Below, piece by piece: positions 42,298 through 50,826 of a DNA stretch of 63,829 nucleotides. The DNA comes from Planctomycetota bacterium. Its GTDB lineage: Bacteria > Planctomycetota > PLA2. The stretch covers positions 1 through 63,829 of the forward strand of contig DASUGR010000015.1 in assembly GCA_036273915.1 (NCBI GenBank), in the 5' to 3' direction. A model generated the notes under the pieces. It was not told the origin of the DNA, made no database searches, and saw only the letters and a list, made by a program, of their open reading frames with translations. The translations under genes were made by a program, and so were the position numbers. Within the stretch, counting starts at the first letter, position 1, and each line of letters begins with the position of its first letter.

Positions 42298-42343
42298 GGT
42301 TTCATTCGTATTGTAGGACGGTGTCCCAGCCCGACGAGGCAAA

Positions 42344-42356
42344 GGGGGTCCGGGGG
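42344..42356 (+). repeat. Exact copy of the 13-mer GGGGGTCCGGGGG (intergenic)
   Basis: Read directly, 47 nt upstream of the aconitase-family start codon. Confidence 0.9.
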
Positions 42357-42477
42357 AGGAGCCTCCAATAAACCGGCATCCGCGCTCCGCCGCAAGGGCA
42401 TGCACGCGGCGCGCGTCTCAAACCGGGGCCCGTGCCGGAAGCGCGGGGACGGCGGTCGGCCGTGCCCGGCGCGTGCC

Positions 42478-45195
42478 TCACCCGAGCGGGATCAGGAGCC
42501 GCACGGTCTCCGTCGGCTTCACCTCGACGGGGAACGAGCGCGGGCCGTCCGGCGCGAGCACGTGGAGCACGTAGCTCCCGGGGGCGAGGAACCCCGACTC
42601 CAGCCGGTCGCCGTCGACCTCCCAGACCACGGCCTCGGCGGGGAGCTTCGCCGCCCGCGGATCCACGCTCCCCTCGACCCACACGTCGGGAAGCGGCCCG
42701 GCCACGTTGAGGAAGCGGACGGAGATCCTCCCGCAGGCGAAGACGTCGAGCCGGAGCTCCGCGGTCTCCCCCCGCTTGAGCGTCACGCGGCCGGAGGCGG
42801 GCAGGAACATCCCGACGGGCGTCGCGACCACGGAGTAGACGTCGGGCTCGAGGTCCTCGAGGACGAACCGCCCGTCTTCCACGATCGCCTTCCTCTGCGA
42901 CGGGAAGCCGCGGTCCGGCCCGAGGTCGAACGAGCAGACGGCCGGAAGCGCCACGCCATCCTCGGAGCGGAGCGCGACCCGGAGCGTGGCGAACCGCGGC
43001 TCGTGCTGGAGATCGAAGGCCACCTCCCCCGTGGTCGCGACGATGTCGCGCATCTCGGGCGCGAACCCCGGACCCGATGCGACGAGGGAGAGCGCCTCGC
43101 CCGGGCGCGCGAGGAGGACCACGCGACCCCCCGGCGCGCGGAGCGACGGCGACGACCCGTCTTCGCGCCGCACGTCGACGACGGCGCCGCCGATCAGCAC
43201 GCCGTCGCCGCGCACGGAGACCGCGATGCGCGCCACCGGCTCCGCGAACGCCGCGACGCCCGGCGCCACCACGTCGATCGCCTCGTACGGCGGCGCGGTG
43301 CCGTCGGAGAGCGCCTCGACCTCCACGCGGTACGTGCGCGCGGAGAGGCCCGCGAGCGCGAAGCGGCCGTCGCCGGCCGTCTCGGCGCTGACGCTCTTCC
43401 ACGCGATGCCGGCCGCCTCGACGGAAAGCGTCGGCCCGTCGGCCCCGAGCGAGAGCGTGCGGCCCGCCTCCACGAGGAGCGACGCGCGCACCCTCGCGCG
43501 CGAGGCCGGCGCGTCCGCGACGTGCACGCTCCCCTCGATCGGGACGCCGGCGCGCAGCACCAGCGACGGGATCTCCGCGTCCCCGACCGCGACCGCGACG
43601 GCCCCCGCGGGCGCGTACGCGGGCGCGGCGGCCGCGACCAGGTAGGACCCGCCGCGGTCGACCGGGATCCGGTACCGGCCCGCCGCGTCCGTGCGCGCGG
43701 CGGCCACGGGCCGGTCGCCGGCCGAGGGGAAGACGGCCACGGTGGCGTCCGCGGCGGGGCCGTACCCCTCGAGCTCGACCACGCCCTCGAGGTACGCGAC
43801 GGCGACGAGGTCGATCTCCACGAACGGCAGCACGGGCGCGCCGGTCGCGGGATCGAAGAGCACCGCGACGCCGGTCTCCCGCGGCGCGGCGTCGGGGTGC
43901 GACGCGCGCACGCGCAGCTCCTCCGGCATCGGGTCAAGGAGCAGCGCCGCGACGTCGAGCGAGAAGGGTTCGCCGCCGCGCGCGAGCGTCCGCGCGCGCG
44001 CGCCGCCCGGCCGCCACGCCTCGACGAGCACCGACGCATTGGACGCGCCCCCCGGCAGCCGCACGACGCCCTCGAGCGGGACGCCCGCCGCGGCCGCGCG
44101 GCCCGCCCTCCTCCCCTCCCCCGGAGCCCCTTCCCCTCCGTCCGCGAGGGGCTCGCGATCCTCCGCGGCGCGCTCCGCGAGGAGATCCTCCTCCGGCACG
44201 AGCGCACGGCGGCGCAGCGCGACCTCCATGCGGCCGGGCACGGTCGCGACCTCCTCGCGGGGCTCCGATTCGGGGTGCTCGATGCGCACGCGGACGAGGC
44301 CCTGCCGCGCGATGCGCGAGAGGTCGATCGCGAACGGCTGGTCCCCCGGCACGACCGCGACGGGCCCGCCGTCGAACGCCAGGCGGACGGTGCGCTCGAC
44401 CGCGCCCCCGGGCAGGTGCACGATGCCGTCGAGGACGAGCGCCGCCTCGCCGGACGGCGCGGGCGGCGCGACCGCGCCGGCGGGAAGCATGAGGGCGACC
44501 CCGGGCGCGGGTCGCGGGGCGCGCGGTCCGCCCGCGTTCGCGCGCGCCTCGGGCGTGGTGCGGAGGGGGCTCGGGGGAGGGGTGCGCGCGAGGAGCGCGG
44601 CCACGGCGAGCAGCGCCGCGATGCCCGCCGCGCGCAGGAGGCCCTTCGACGGGCGCGGCGCGGCGATCGCGAGCAGCGTCGCGGCCGAGAAGGCGTGGCC
44701 GTTCCCGTTGCCGTCCTCGAGCCGCGCGCGGATCCGCGCGAGCCCGCGCTGGATGCGCGTGCGCACGGTCGAGCCGGGGAGCGCGAGGCGGTCGGCGATC
44801 GATCTCGGGGAGAGCCCGTCGTAGTAGCGGAGGAGCAGGGGCTCCCGGTAGATGTCCGGCAGCGCGACGACGAGCTCGGCGATGCGGCGGCGGAGCGCGC
44901 GCTCGGCGACGAGTTCGTCCGTCGCGACGACGGCGTCCGTGCGCGCGGCGGTGCGCTCGCGGCGCGCGCGGCGCTCGTGGTCGCGGCGCGCTCGCCGCAC
45001 GAGGTTCTTCACGATGCCCGCGAGCCAGCCCGCGCGCACCTCCTCGGGACGCTTCGCGCTCCGGAGCGCGACGAGCCAAGCCTCCTGCACGACGTCGTCC
45101 GCCGCCACGTCGTCGCCGAGGAGCCGGCGCGCCAGCGCGCGAAGGAACGAATCGTGCTCGAGAAGACCCTCGACCTGCGGGTTCGTCATCCCCAC
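42478..45195 (-). CDS. Single-polypeptide fusion of an ECF sigma factor (regions 2 and 4), one transmembrane helix and a roughly 700-aa CarboxypepD_reg-like beta-sandwich array
   Basis: ORF track, 905 aa. The N-terminus reads LLEHDSFLRALARRLLGDDVAADDVVQEAWLVAL (sigma region 2). Region 4 reads YREPLLLRYYDGLSPRSIADRLALPGSTVRTRIQRGLARIRARL. The hydrophobic helix is LLRAAGIAALLAVAALLA. Repeats of the type TDAAGRYRI and TAGDGRFAL follow. Confidence 0.85.
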   Translation of the reverse strand: MGMTNPQVEGLLEHDSFLRALARRLLGDDVAADDVVQEAWLVALRSAKRPEEVRAGWLAGIVKNLVRRARRDHERRARRERTAARTDAVVATDELVAERALRRRIAELVVALPDIYREPLLLRYYDGLSPRSIADRLALPGSTVRTRIQRGLARIRARLEDGNGNGHAFSAATLLAIAAPRPSKGLLRAAGIAALLAVAALLARTPPPSPLRTTPEARANAGGPRAPRPAPGVALMLPAGAVAPPAPSGEAALVLDGIVHLPGGAVERTVRLAFDGGPVAVVPGDQPFAIDLSRIARQGLVRVRIEHPESEPREEVATVPGRMEVALRRRALVPEEDLLAERAAEDREPLADGGEGAPGEGRRAGRAAAAGVPLEGVVRLPGGASNASVLVEAWRPGGARARTLARGGEPFSLDVAALLLDPMPEELRVRASHPDAAPRETGVAVLFDPATGAPVLPFVEIDLVAVAYLEGVVELEGYGPAADATVAVFPSAGDRPVAAARTDAAGRYRIPVDRGGSYLVAAAAPAYAPAGAVAVAVGDAEIPSLVLRAGVPIEGSVHVADAPASRARVRASLLVEAGRTLSLGADGPTLSVEAAGIAWKSVSAETAGDGRFALAGLSARTYRVEVEALSDGTAPPYEAIDVVAPGVAAFAEPVARIAVSVRGDGVLIGGAVVDVRREDGSSPSLRAPGGRVVLLARPGEALSLVASGPGFAPEMRDIVATTGEVAFDLQHEPRFATLRVALRSEDGVALPAVCSFDLGPDRGFPSQRKAIVEDGRFVLEDLEPDVYSVVATPVGMFLPASGRVTLKRGETAELRLDVFACGRISVRFLNVAGPLPDVWVEGSVDPRAAKLPAEAVVWEVDGDRLESGFLAPGSYVLHVLAPDGPRSFPVEVKPTETVRLLIPLG

Positions 45196-45416
45196 CTGCC
45201 AAGAGTGCCCCCGTCGGTACCCTCAGGGGAGTATACGCGGCCGTGCGGCGCTTGCGGACGTGCGTTTTTCGCCAAAATGCGTGCACGTACCCATGCGACG
45301 GAACGGCCCCCCGCGGGCATGATGGGAATCGGGTTCGGTCCCGAATCCTGTCGACTCCTGTCGCGCGCGCGAGGACGCGACGGGAGCCCGCGCGCCGGAC
45401 ATACTGGGGTGGACGG

Positions 45417-45432
45417 CGGCACGTTCGCCGCC
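45417..45432 (+). promoter_or_regulatory. Weak sigma-54-like element (CGGCACG-N4-CCGC) upstream of the lipoprotein/IPT operon
   Basis: GG and GC are correctly spaced by 10 nt and GGCACG matches the consensus. Both T residues of the -12 TTGC are replaced by C. The element lies about 85 nt upstream of the ATG at 45516. Confidence 0.2.
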
Positions 45433-45515
45433 ACGCGGGCGCGCGCGGCGCGCACGCGGATCCACATGGAATACCGGCTCGCGATCCGACACGCGGGCAC
45501 GATGGAGGTAGGGAC

Positions 45516-45911
45516 ATGAGAAGGCTCCTCGCGATCGGCGCGTCCGTCGCGCTCGCCCTCGTGGCGGGCTGCGGCGGCGACGGCGCCTCCCCGGGTGGCG
45601 GGCAACCCCCGCTCCAGGCGCTCGACCAGCAGACGCTCGTCGTGCAGATGGACCAGAACGGGGACAACGAGCTCGACCTCGTCACGCTCGACATGAGCGA
45701 GAGCCCGTTCGTCATCCTCGAGTGCCTCTACGGCATGCCGGGCGGCGACTTCGAGGACGTGACGGGAACCGTCAAGGGCCGTTCGATCGACCCGGCGGTG
45801 TCCGGGGCGCTCGCGACTTTCATGGGCGGCTCCTTCGGCGTCGCGGACCGCACCGAGCTGGATGTCACGAACTCGAACGGCGACCCGATGCGGGTCGTCG
45901 TCTTCGAATAG
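45516..45911 (+). CDS. Small lipoprotein, unknown function
   Basis: Internal ATG at 45516 has GGAGG 7 nt upstream. MRRLLAIGASVALALVAGCGGDG carries a lipobox. The product is 131 aa. Confidence 0.8.
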   Translation: MRRLLAIGASVALALVAGCGGDGASPGGGQPPLQALDQQTLVVQMDQNGDNELDLVTLDMSESPFVILECLYGMPGGDFEDVTGTVKGRSIDPAVSGALATFMGGSFGVADRTELDVTNSNGDPMRVVVFE

Positions 45912-45921
45912 GAGGCGGGCG

Positions 45922-47565
45922 ATGAGAACCCTTCTGACCCCGCTCCTTTCCGTGCTGCTCCTCGCGGCGGGCGCGTTCGCGCAGTCGATCGACGAGGTGA
46001 AGCCCGCGTGCGCCGCCCCCGGCGACGCCATCCTCCTCAAGGGCAGCGGCTTCTCCGGGTCGCCGGCCGTCCACTTCGGCGCCGCCGAGGCGGAGATCCT
46101 GCGCAGCAGCGAGAGCCGCATCATCTGCCGCGTGCCCGAGGGGCTCGCGGAAGGCGACGTGACCGTCGACGCCGACGGCGCCAAGGCCTCCTTCCACGTC
46201 CTCGCGGAGGGCGCGCCGGCCATCGTCCACGTGAGCGCCGGCACCGCGACGCCCGGCATGCTCGTGTTCTTCGTCGGCGCCCGCCTCAAGGGCGCGGAGG
46301 CCGCGTTCGTGGACGGTGACGACGCGACCGTCGCGACGGTGGAGCTCAAGGGCGGATGGCGAGCCGCGTACCTGAAGGTGCCGGGCGATCTCGCGCCGGG
46401 TACCTACACGGTCGTGATCTCGAACGAGGCCGGCGACTCCGGCCCCTGCTCGCCGACGCTCGTGGTCGTCGAGGAGGGCGAGCCGACCCTCGCGTCGATC
46501 GAGCCGTCGGAGCAGCTGCCCGGACGGCCGGTCCTCTGCAAGGGCACCGACCTCGGCCCGGTGGGGTTCTGCTTCCTCACGTGGACCGACGGGGACGGCA
46601 ACGGACTCTACACGTACGGGTTCACGAACGGCTACGACACGATCCACACGTGGGTGCCGTGGGACGCCGCGGCCGGGGCGACCTACGACGTGACGATCGA
46701 CTTCGCCGACGGATCCTCGACCGAGGGCACGGGCGCGCTCGCGTACACGGTCGGCGTCCCGGAGCCCCCCGAGATCGTCGATCTCGAGTACGAGGAGGGC
46801 CCGCCGGGCAGCCTCGTCACGATCTTCGGGACGAACCTCGTCGGCAGCGGCTTCGCCTGGCCGAGCGTGCTCTTCACGCGCGACGGCAGTTCGACCGAGG
46901 CGCTCGTCTACTACGCGTTCGGAAGCTACCCGGGCGGCGGCCTCGGCGGCGATCCCCTCCACGGCAACGGCGGGCCGAACGCGCTCCAGGGACTCGGCGG
47001 CGACGGCCTCGACCAGATCCTCGTCGAGGTCCCGCGGAGCCTCGAGGATGGGGACTACGACGTCACCGTGACCGTGAACGGGCAGACGTCGGACGCCAAG
47101 GTGTTCACGGTCGTCGACCTGCCGCTCACGGTGACCTCCATGAGCCCGGACAGCCAGGGGCCGTGGGGACCCGAGGGCGTGGTCGTGATCGAGGGCACGG
47201 GCTTCGGCGTGCCGGACTTCGACTTCGTCATCGCCGACGGCAGCGCGGCGAACGGCGTCGCCGGCGACCCGTCCGGCGTCCCGTTCCAACCCTCCTTCAA
47301 GGTGAAGGTGACGTGGCAAAAGGGCGGCGGCGACCCGCTCACGGGCGAGGTGCTCTGGCACCACGACCGCGAGATCCTCGTGATCCCGCCGGGGGGTTGG
47401 GAGCACCCGCTGGCGGTCGGCACCTACACGGTCTACGTCACCGTCGAGCACGACGACGAGAGCACGGAGACCGTCGAGGCCGGCACCTACACCGTCCACG
47501 AGAAGCAGGACGACGGCGGCAGCAACGGCTTCCCGGGCGATCCGGGCGGCATCCTCCGCAAATAG
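45922..47565 (+). CDS. Secreted protein built of IPT/TIG-like Ig-fold repeats
   Basis: Internal ATG at 45922 has AGGAGG upstream. The signal peptide reads MRTLLTPLLSVLLLAAGAFAQS. Repeated units have the form PGDAILLKGSGFSGSP...DVTV, GTYTVVISN and GDYDVTVTVNG. Confidence 0.8.
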   Translation: MRTLLTPLLSVLLLAAGAFAQSIDEVKPACAAPGDAILLKGSGFSGSPAVHFGAAEAEILRSSESRIICRVPEGLAEGDVTVDADGAKASFHVLAEGAPAIVHVSAGTATPGMLVFFVGARLKGAEAAFVDGDDATVATVELKGGWRAAYLKVPGDLAPGTYTVVISNEAGDSGPCSPTLVVVEEGEPTLASIEPSEQLPGRPVLCKGTDLGPVGFCFLTWTDGDGNGLYTYGFTNGYDTIHTWVPWDAAAGATYDVTIDFADGSSTEGTGALAYTVGVPEPPEIVDLEYEEGPPGSLVTIFGTNLVGSGFAWPSVLFTRDGSSTEALVYYAFGSYPGGGLGGDPLHGNGGPNALQGLGGDGLDQILVEVPRSLEDGDYDVTVTVNGQTSDAKVFTVVDLPLTVTSMSPDSQGPWGPEGVVVIEGTGFGVPDFDFVIADGSAANGVAGDPSGVPFQPSFKVKVTWQKGGGDPLTGEVLWHHDREILVIPPGGWEHPLAVGTYTVYVTVEHDDESTETVEAGTYTVHEKQDDGGSNGFPGDPGGILRK

Positions 47566-47580
47566 GCCTCCCGACTCGGA

Positions 47581-47620
47581 CCGGAGGGGGACCGCGCGTG
47601 CGGGACCCCTCCGGCTCCCG
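47581..47620 (+). terminator. Hairpin/terminator after the IPT/TIG gene
   Basis: CCGGAGGGG (47581-47589) pairs with CCCCTCCGG (47606-47614), with an inner 4-bp CCGC/GCGG stem. It is followed by CTCCCGTTCC, a weak U-tract. Confidence 0.45.
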
Positions 47621-47701
47621 TTCCGCCCCCCGGCCCCCTCTTCTTCGCAGGCGTGCGCGCCCCGGGCGGAACGACGGCGCGCGGATCTCGTCCAACCGGG
47701 C

Positions 47702-48430
47702 ATGATCCGGCACGCCGCGCTCCTCCTCCTCCTTGCCGCGCTCCCCCTCCTCGCCGGCGAGCTCGACCCGCTCCTCGGCAAGCTCAAGGACCCCGCCACG
47801 CGCGAGGAGGCCGCGCGCGCGCTCGTCGAGAAGGGCACGCCGACGCTCAAGGAGCTGAAGGAGGCCGCGCGCGACCCCGCGCTCAAGGAGCAGGTCGAGG
47901 CGATCGCGAAGGAGATCGAGGCGCGCGAGCCCAGGGGCCTCCGGTTCCACGTGAGCCTGCCCGAGACGCGGCTCTCGCTCGCGCACGTGAACGGCGAGGA
48001 CATGAAGGTCGCGATCGGCGTCGAGAACCGGGGAACGGAGACGATCGTGCTGTGGCCCTACCTCTCCCTGCGGATCCTCGACGCGAAAGGCCAGGAGGTG
48101 AAGCGCTGCCTCCACATCGGGCGCTGGGGCCGCGGCCGGTCGAAGCGCTGGCTCGAGGATCTCAAGTACATCGAGCTCGCGCCCGGCGCCAATTGGGTGA
48201 CGCTGACGCCGCTCTCGCGCTTCATGCTCGACGAGAGTTTCATCGAAGGCTGGGAGGTCCCGGAACCCGGCGTCTTTACGATCGAGGTCACGTACCGCTT
48301 CGACCGCGCGAAGGTGAAAAGGACCTGCGACCCGCGGTGGGACGCGCTGGACGACCCGCGACAGCCGTGGAACCGGGCGCTCGAAATGACGCACGTGTTC
48401 ACGGCGGAGATGACCGTCGCGGAGCGGTAG
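47702..48430 (+). CDS. Secreted hypothetical protein
   Basis: ORF track, 242 aa. The signal peptide reads MIRHAALLLLLAALPLLAGE. A HEAT-like helical N-terminus is followed by a beta-rich domain. I recognise no family. Confidence 0.75.
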   Translation: MIRHAALLLLLAALPLLAGELDPLLGKLKDPATREEAARALVEKGTPTLKELKEAARDPALKEQVEAIAKEIEAREPRGLRFHVSLPETRLSLAHVNGEDMKVAIGVENRGTETIVLWPYLSLRILDAKGQEVKRCLHIGRWGRGRSKRWLEDLKYIELAPGANWVTLTPLSRFMLDESFIEGWEVPEPGVFTIEVTYRFDRAKVKRTCDPRWDALDDPRQPWNRALEMTHVFTAEMTVAER

Positions 48431-48465
48431 CGTTCCGCGCTGACAGGGGCCCCGCGTCGCACGCG

Positions 48466-48478
48466 TGTCAATCTGACA
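48466..48478 (+). promoter_or_regulatory. Inverted repeat TGTCA-N3-TGACA upstream of the sigma-54 promoter (candidate activator site)
   Basis: TGTCAATCTGACA is read directly, and a further TGACA half-site lies at 48441-48445. The repeat sits about 35-45 nt upstream of the -24 element. Confidence 0.25.
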
Positions 48479-48510
48479 AGCCGGCGGCCTTTCCGGCGCG
48501 CGTGGCGTGC

Positions 48511-48526
48511 TGGCACACGCGTTGCA
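48511..48526 (+). promoter_or_regulatory. Sigma-54 (RpoN) promoter of the Hsp20 gene
   Basis: TGGCACACGCGTTGCA matches the TGGCAC-N5-TTGCA consensus exactly, with GG and GC spaced by 10 nt. It lies 80-95 nt upstream of the Hsp20 start codons. Confidence 0.72.
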
Positions 48527-48605
48527 TTCGAGCCCTCCGTGCGGCGCGCCGGGGAGCGGTTCCCCGGCCGGGGCCGCGACGTTTCCCCATGGGAGGTGAA
48601 TGCCA

Positions 48606-49055
48606 ATGGCCAACCTGATCCGTCTGACCGGGCTCGAGGGCCTCGCCGCCCTCGAGGACCGCATGAACCGGCTCGTCGAGGAGGTCTTCGGCGGCGAGCG
48701 GGCGCTCGCCCGGGGCGCCGAGGGCGGCTTCGTGCCGGTCGTGGACATGTTCGAGACGGCCGAGTCCGTCGTCGTGAAGCTCGAGGCGCCGGGCGTCGAT
48801 CCTGCGAAGATCAACGTCGCCGTCACCGGCGACCACCTCGAGGTGAGCGGCGAGAAGGCCGCGGAGGAGCCGCCGAAGGAGAGCCGCTGGTTCCGCTTCG
48901 AGCGGCGCACCGGCCCGTTCCACCGCCGGATCCCGCTTCCCTTCCCCGTCGACGCGAGCAAGATCGACGCGACCGCGAGAAACGGCCTCGTCACGATCCA
49001 GCTCCCGAAGAAGGCCGAGATCCTTCCGAAGCGCATCGCCGTCAAGCCGGCGTAG
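48606..49055 (+). CDS. Small heat-shock protein, Hsp20/alpha-crystallin family
   Basis: ORF track 48600..49055. I prefer the second ATG at 48606 because the GGAGG spacer is 9 nt rather than 3 nt. The alpha-crystallin domain reads VDMFETAESVVVKLEAPGVDPAKINVAVTGDHLEVSGEK...FERRIPLP...ATARNGLVTIQLPK. Confidence 0.9.
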   Translation: MANLIRLTGLEGLAALEDRMNRLVEEVFGGERALARGAEGGFVPVVDMFETAESVVVKLEAPGVDPAKINVAVTGDHLEVSGEKAAEEPPKESRWFRFERRTGPFHRRIPLPFPVDASKIDATARNGLVTIQLPKKAEILPKRIAVKPA

Positions 49056-49063
49056 CCCTCAGC

Positions 49064-49090
49064 GGGGGGCCCCCGGGCCCCCCCTCTTCC
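49064..49090 (+). terminator. G/C hairpin after Hsp20 (G6 C5 G3 C7) followed by CTCTTCCCTT
   Basis: G6 (49064-49069) can pair with C6 (49079-84). The hairpin starts 9 nt after the stop codon. It also belongs to the G-run motif family. Confidence 0.4.
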
Positions 49091-49258
49091 CTTGGTCGTC
49101 GTGCAAGAACAACTGCTACATTCGGCCGGCTGCGACGACGCGATACTCTTTCGCTCCTCCTCCGCCTATCGCTCCGCGGATACGCGTCGTCGTCCCTCCT
49201 TGCCTCGCGCCGTCCCGCTCGGCCTCGGTGTTTGACGCATTTGTTCTCGCACGACTCC

Positions 49259-50809
49259 TTACCGTCTGCGCGCGCGGTCGATCGCCTGCTGCGCCTCCGC
49301 GAGCAGGTCGGCGCACGCGCCCGGCCATTCCTTCGCCCTGTTCGTGGCGTCGAGGAACGCCTCGAGCGCATCGTCGACGCGTCCGGCCGCGGCGAGCGAC
49401 ATCGACCGGTGGGCGGGCCAGTCGGGCCGCCCCGGCTCGAGCGCCGCCGCCGCGGCGTAGAGCGTGGCGGCCTCGCCGTAGCGCCCCGCCGCGTGCGCCG
49501 CGAGCGCGAGGTCCCCGGCGGTGCGCGCGCCGCCTCCGTCGAGCGCGACCGCCGCCCACGGACGGTCGCGGAACGCGGGCGACGCGATGTTCCCCCAAGC
49601 CCCGCACAGCACCGCGACCAGGATCACGAGGGCGAAGAGGCCGAGGGTTGCCGCGCGCGAAGGCGGCTTCGGGCGCGGGTAGGGCGGCGGCGCTCCGAGC
49701 GCGACGAGCCGGTCGTAGAGGTGCGGGTGCGTCGCGCCGCGGAAGACGACGGGGACGAGGTTCAGGCGGTAGAGGTCCGCGAGCGCCTCGGCGTAGACGC
49801 CCGGCGCCGGCTCGCACGCCTTCGCGCCCTCGTCCGCGCGCGTCTCGAAGGCGCGGAGCCTCCCGGTGGCGAGCTTCCCCACGAGGACGATGAGCACGAC
49901 CGCGAGGAGCGCGACCGCGAGCCCGCCCGCCGCGACGAGCGGCTTCAGGAGCAGCAGCGGCGAGAGCGCGAGCATCGCCACGAGGCGGGTGCGGCGCGCC
50001 CCCGCCGGCTCGCCCAGGTGCGTGAGCTCGTGCCCCCCGATCGCGAGGATGCTCTTGCGCTCGAGCTTTTCGAGCGCCGAGCGCGTGAAGCCGAGCCGCG
50101 ACGCGAACGGCAGCGCGTACGCGTTCGCCTCCGGCAGCTCGATGATGTGCACGCCAAGGAGCGGGATCCCGGCGCGCGAAGCGGCCGCATGGAGCTCGTC
50201 CGCGATCTCGGGGGGTGCAGGGGGCGCGAGACCGGGCACGCGCGCCATGCGGAAGCCGCCGCCACGCGCGAGCCAGACGAGGACGGGCATCGAGACCGCG
50301 AACAGCGCGGCGCCGTCGACGCCGAAGCGGAAGGGCATCGCGAACGCCACGACGACCATCAGCCACAGGTGCGGATACATGACGAGCACGCGCGTCGCCA
50401 TCCCGAGGAGCGCGCGGCGGAACGTCCAGGCGCTGCCGACGAGCAGGCGCGCGAGCCGGCGGCGCCAGAACACCGCGGCGAGAAGCGACGCGAGCGCCGC
50501 CGCCGCGGCGACGACGCCGTCGCCGCCCAGGAGCCCGCCCCTCGCCCGCGGCACGGTCACGACGAGCGTGGCCGGCAGGGCGATGCTCGCGATCACGAGT
50601 GCTGCGCGCGACGGGTAGAGGGCGCGCGCGCGGACGTGCCACGGCGCGCGGAGCGCGTCGGCGCGGCGCGCGAGCAGGAAGAGCAGCCCGCACAGCGCGA
50701 ACGTGGCGAGGAACGCGACGGCCGCGTAGAGGGCGACGGCTGCCGGAAGCACCCATCCCGGAACGAACCTGTGCACCGCCTCGATCCCCACGGGGCGGGA
50801 TCGTAGCAA
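49259..50809 (-). CDS. Polytopic membrane zinc metallopeptidase (M48/M56-like, HExxH) with a C-terminal TPR-like region
   Basis: ORF track, 516 aa, TTG start; alternative GTG starts lie at 50791 and 50776. It has several transmembrane helices. The motif is AIGGHELTHLGE, and the C-terminal helical repeats read AAHAAGRYGEAATLYAAAAALEP. Confidence 0.75.
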   Translation of the reverse strand: MLRSRPVGIEAVHRFVPGWVLPAAVALYAAVAFLATFALCGLLFLLARRADALRAPWHVRARALYPSRAALVIASIALPATLVVTVPRARGGLLGGDGVVAAAAALASLLAAVFWRRRLARLLVGSAWTFRRALLGMATRVLVMYPHLWLMVVVAFAMPFRFGVDGAALFAVSMPVLVWLARGGGFRMARVPGLAPPAPPEIADELHAAASRAGIPLLGVHIIELPEANAYALPFASRLGFTRSALEKLERKSILAIGGHELTHLGEPAGARRTRLVAMLALSPLLLLKPLVAAGGLAVALLAVVLIVLVGKLATGRLRAFETRADEGAKACEPAPGVYAEALADLYRLNLVPVVFRGATHPHLYDRLVALGAPPPYPRPKPPSRAATLGLFALVILVAVLCGAWGNIASPAFRDRPWAAVALDGGGARTAGDLALAAHAAGRYGEAATLYAAAAALEPGRPDWPAHRSMSLAAAGRVDDALEAFLDATNRAKEWPGACADLLAEAQQAIDRARRR

Positions 50810-50826
50810 CGGGGTTCGACCGCGCT

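Noticed and set aside
40579-45519. A 1646-aa plus-strand ORF antisense to the aconitase-family and fused-sigma genes
   Set aside because: It shows the same antisense low-complexity signature, and the opposite strand carries clear family motifs.
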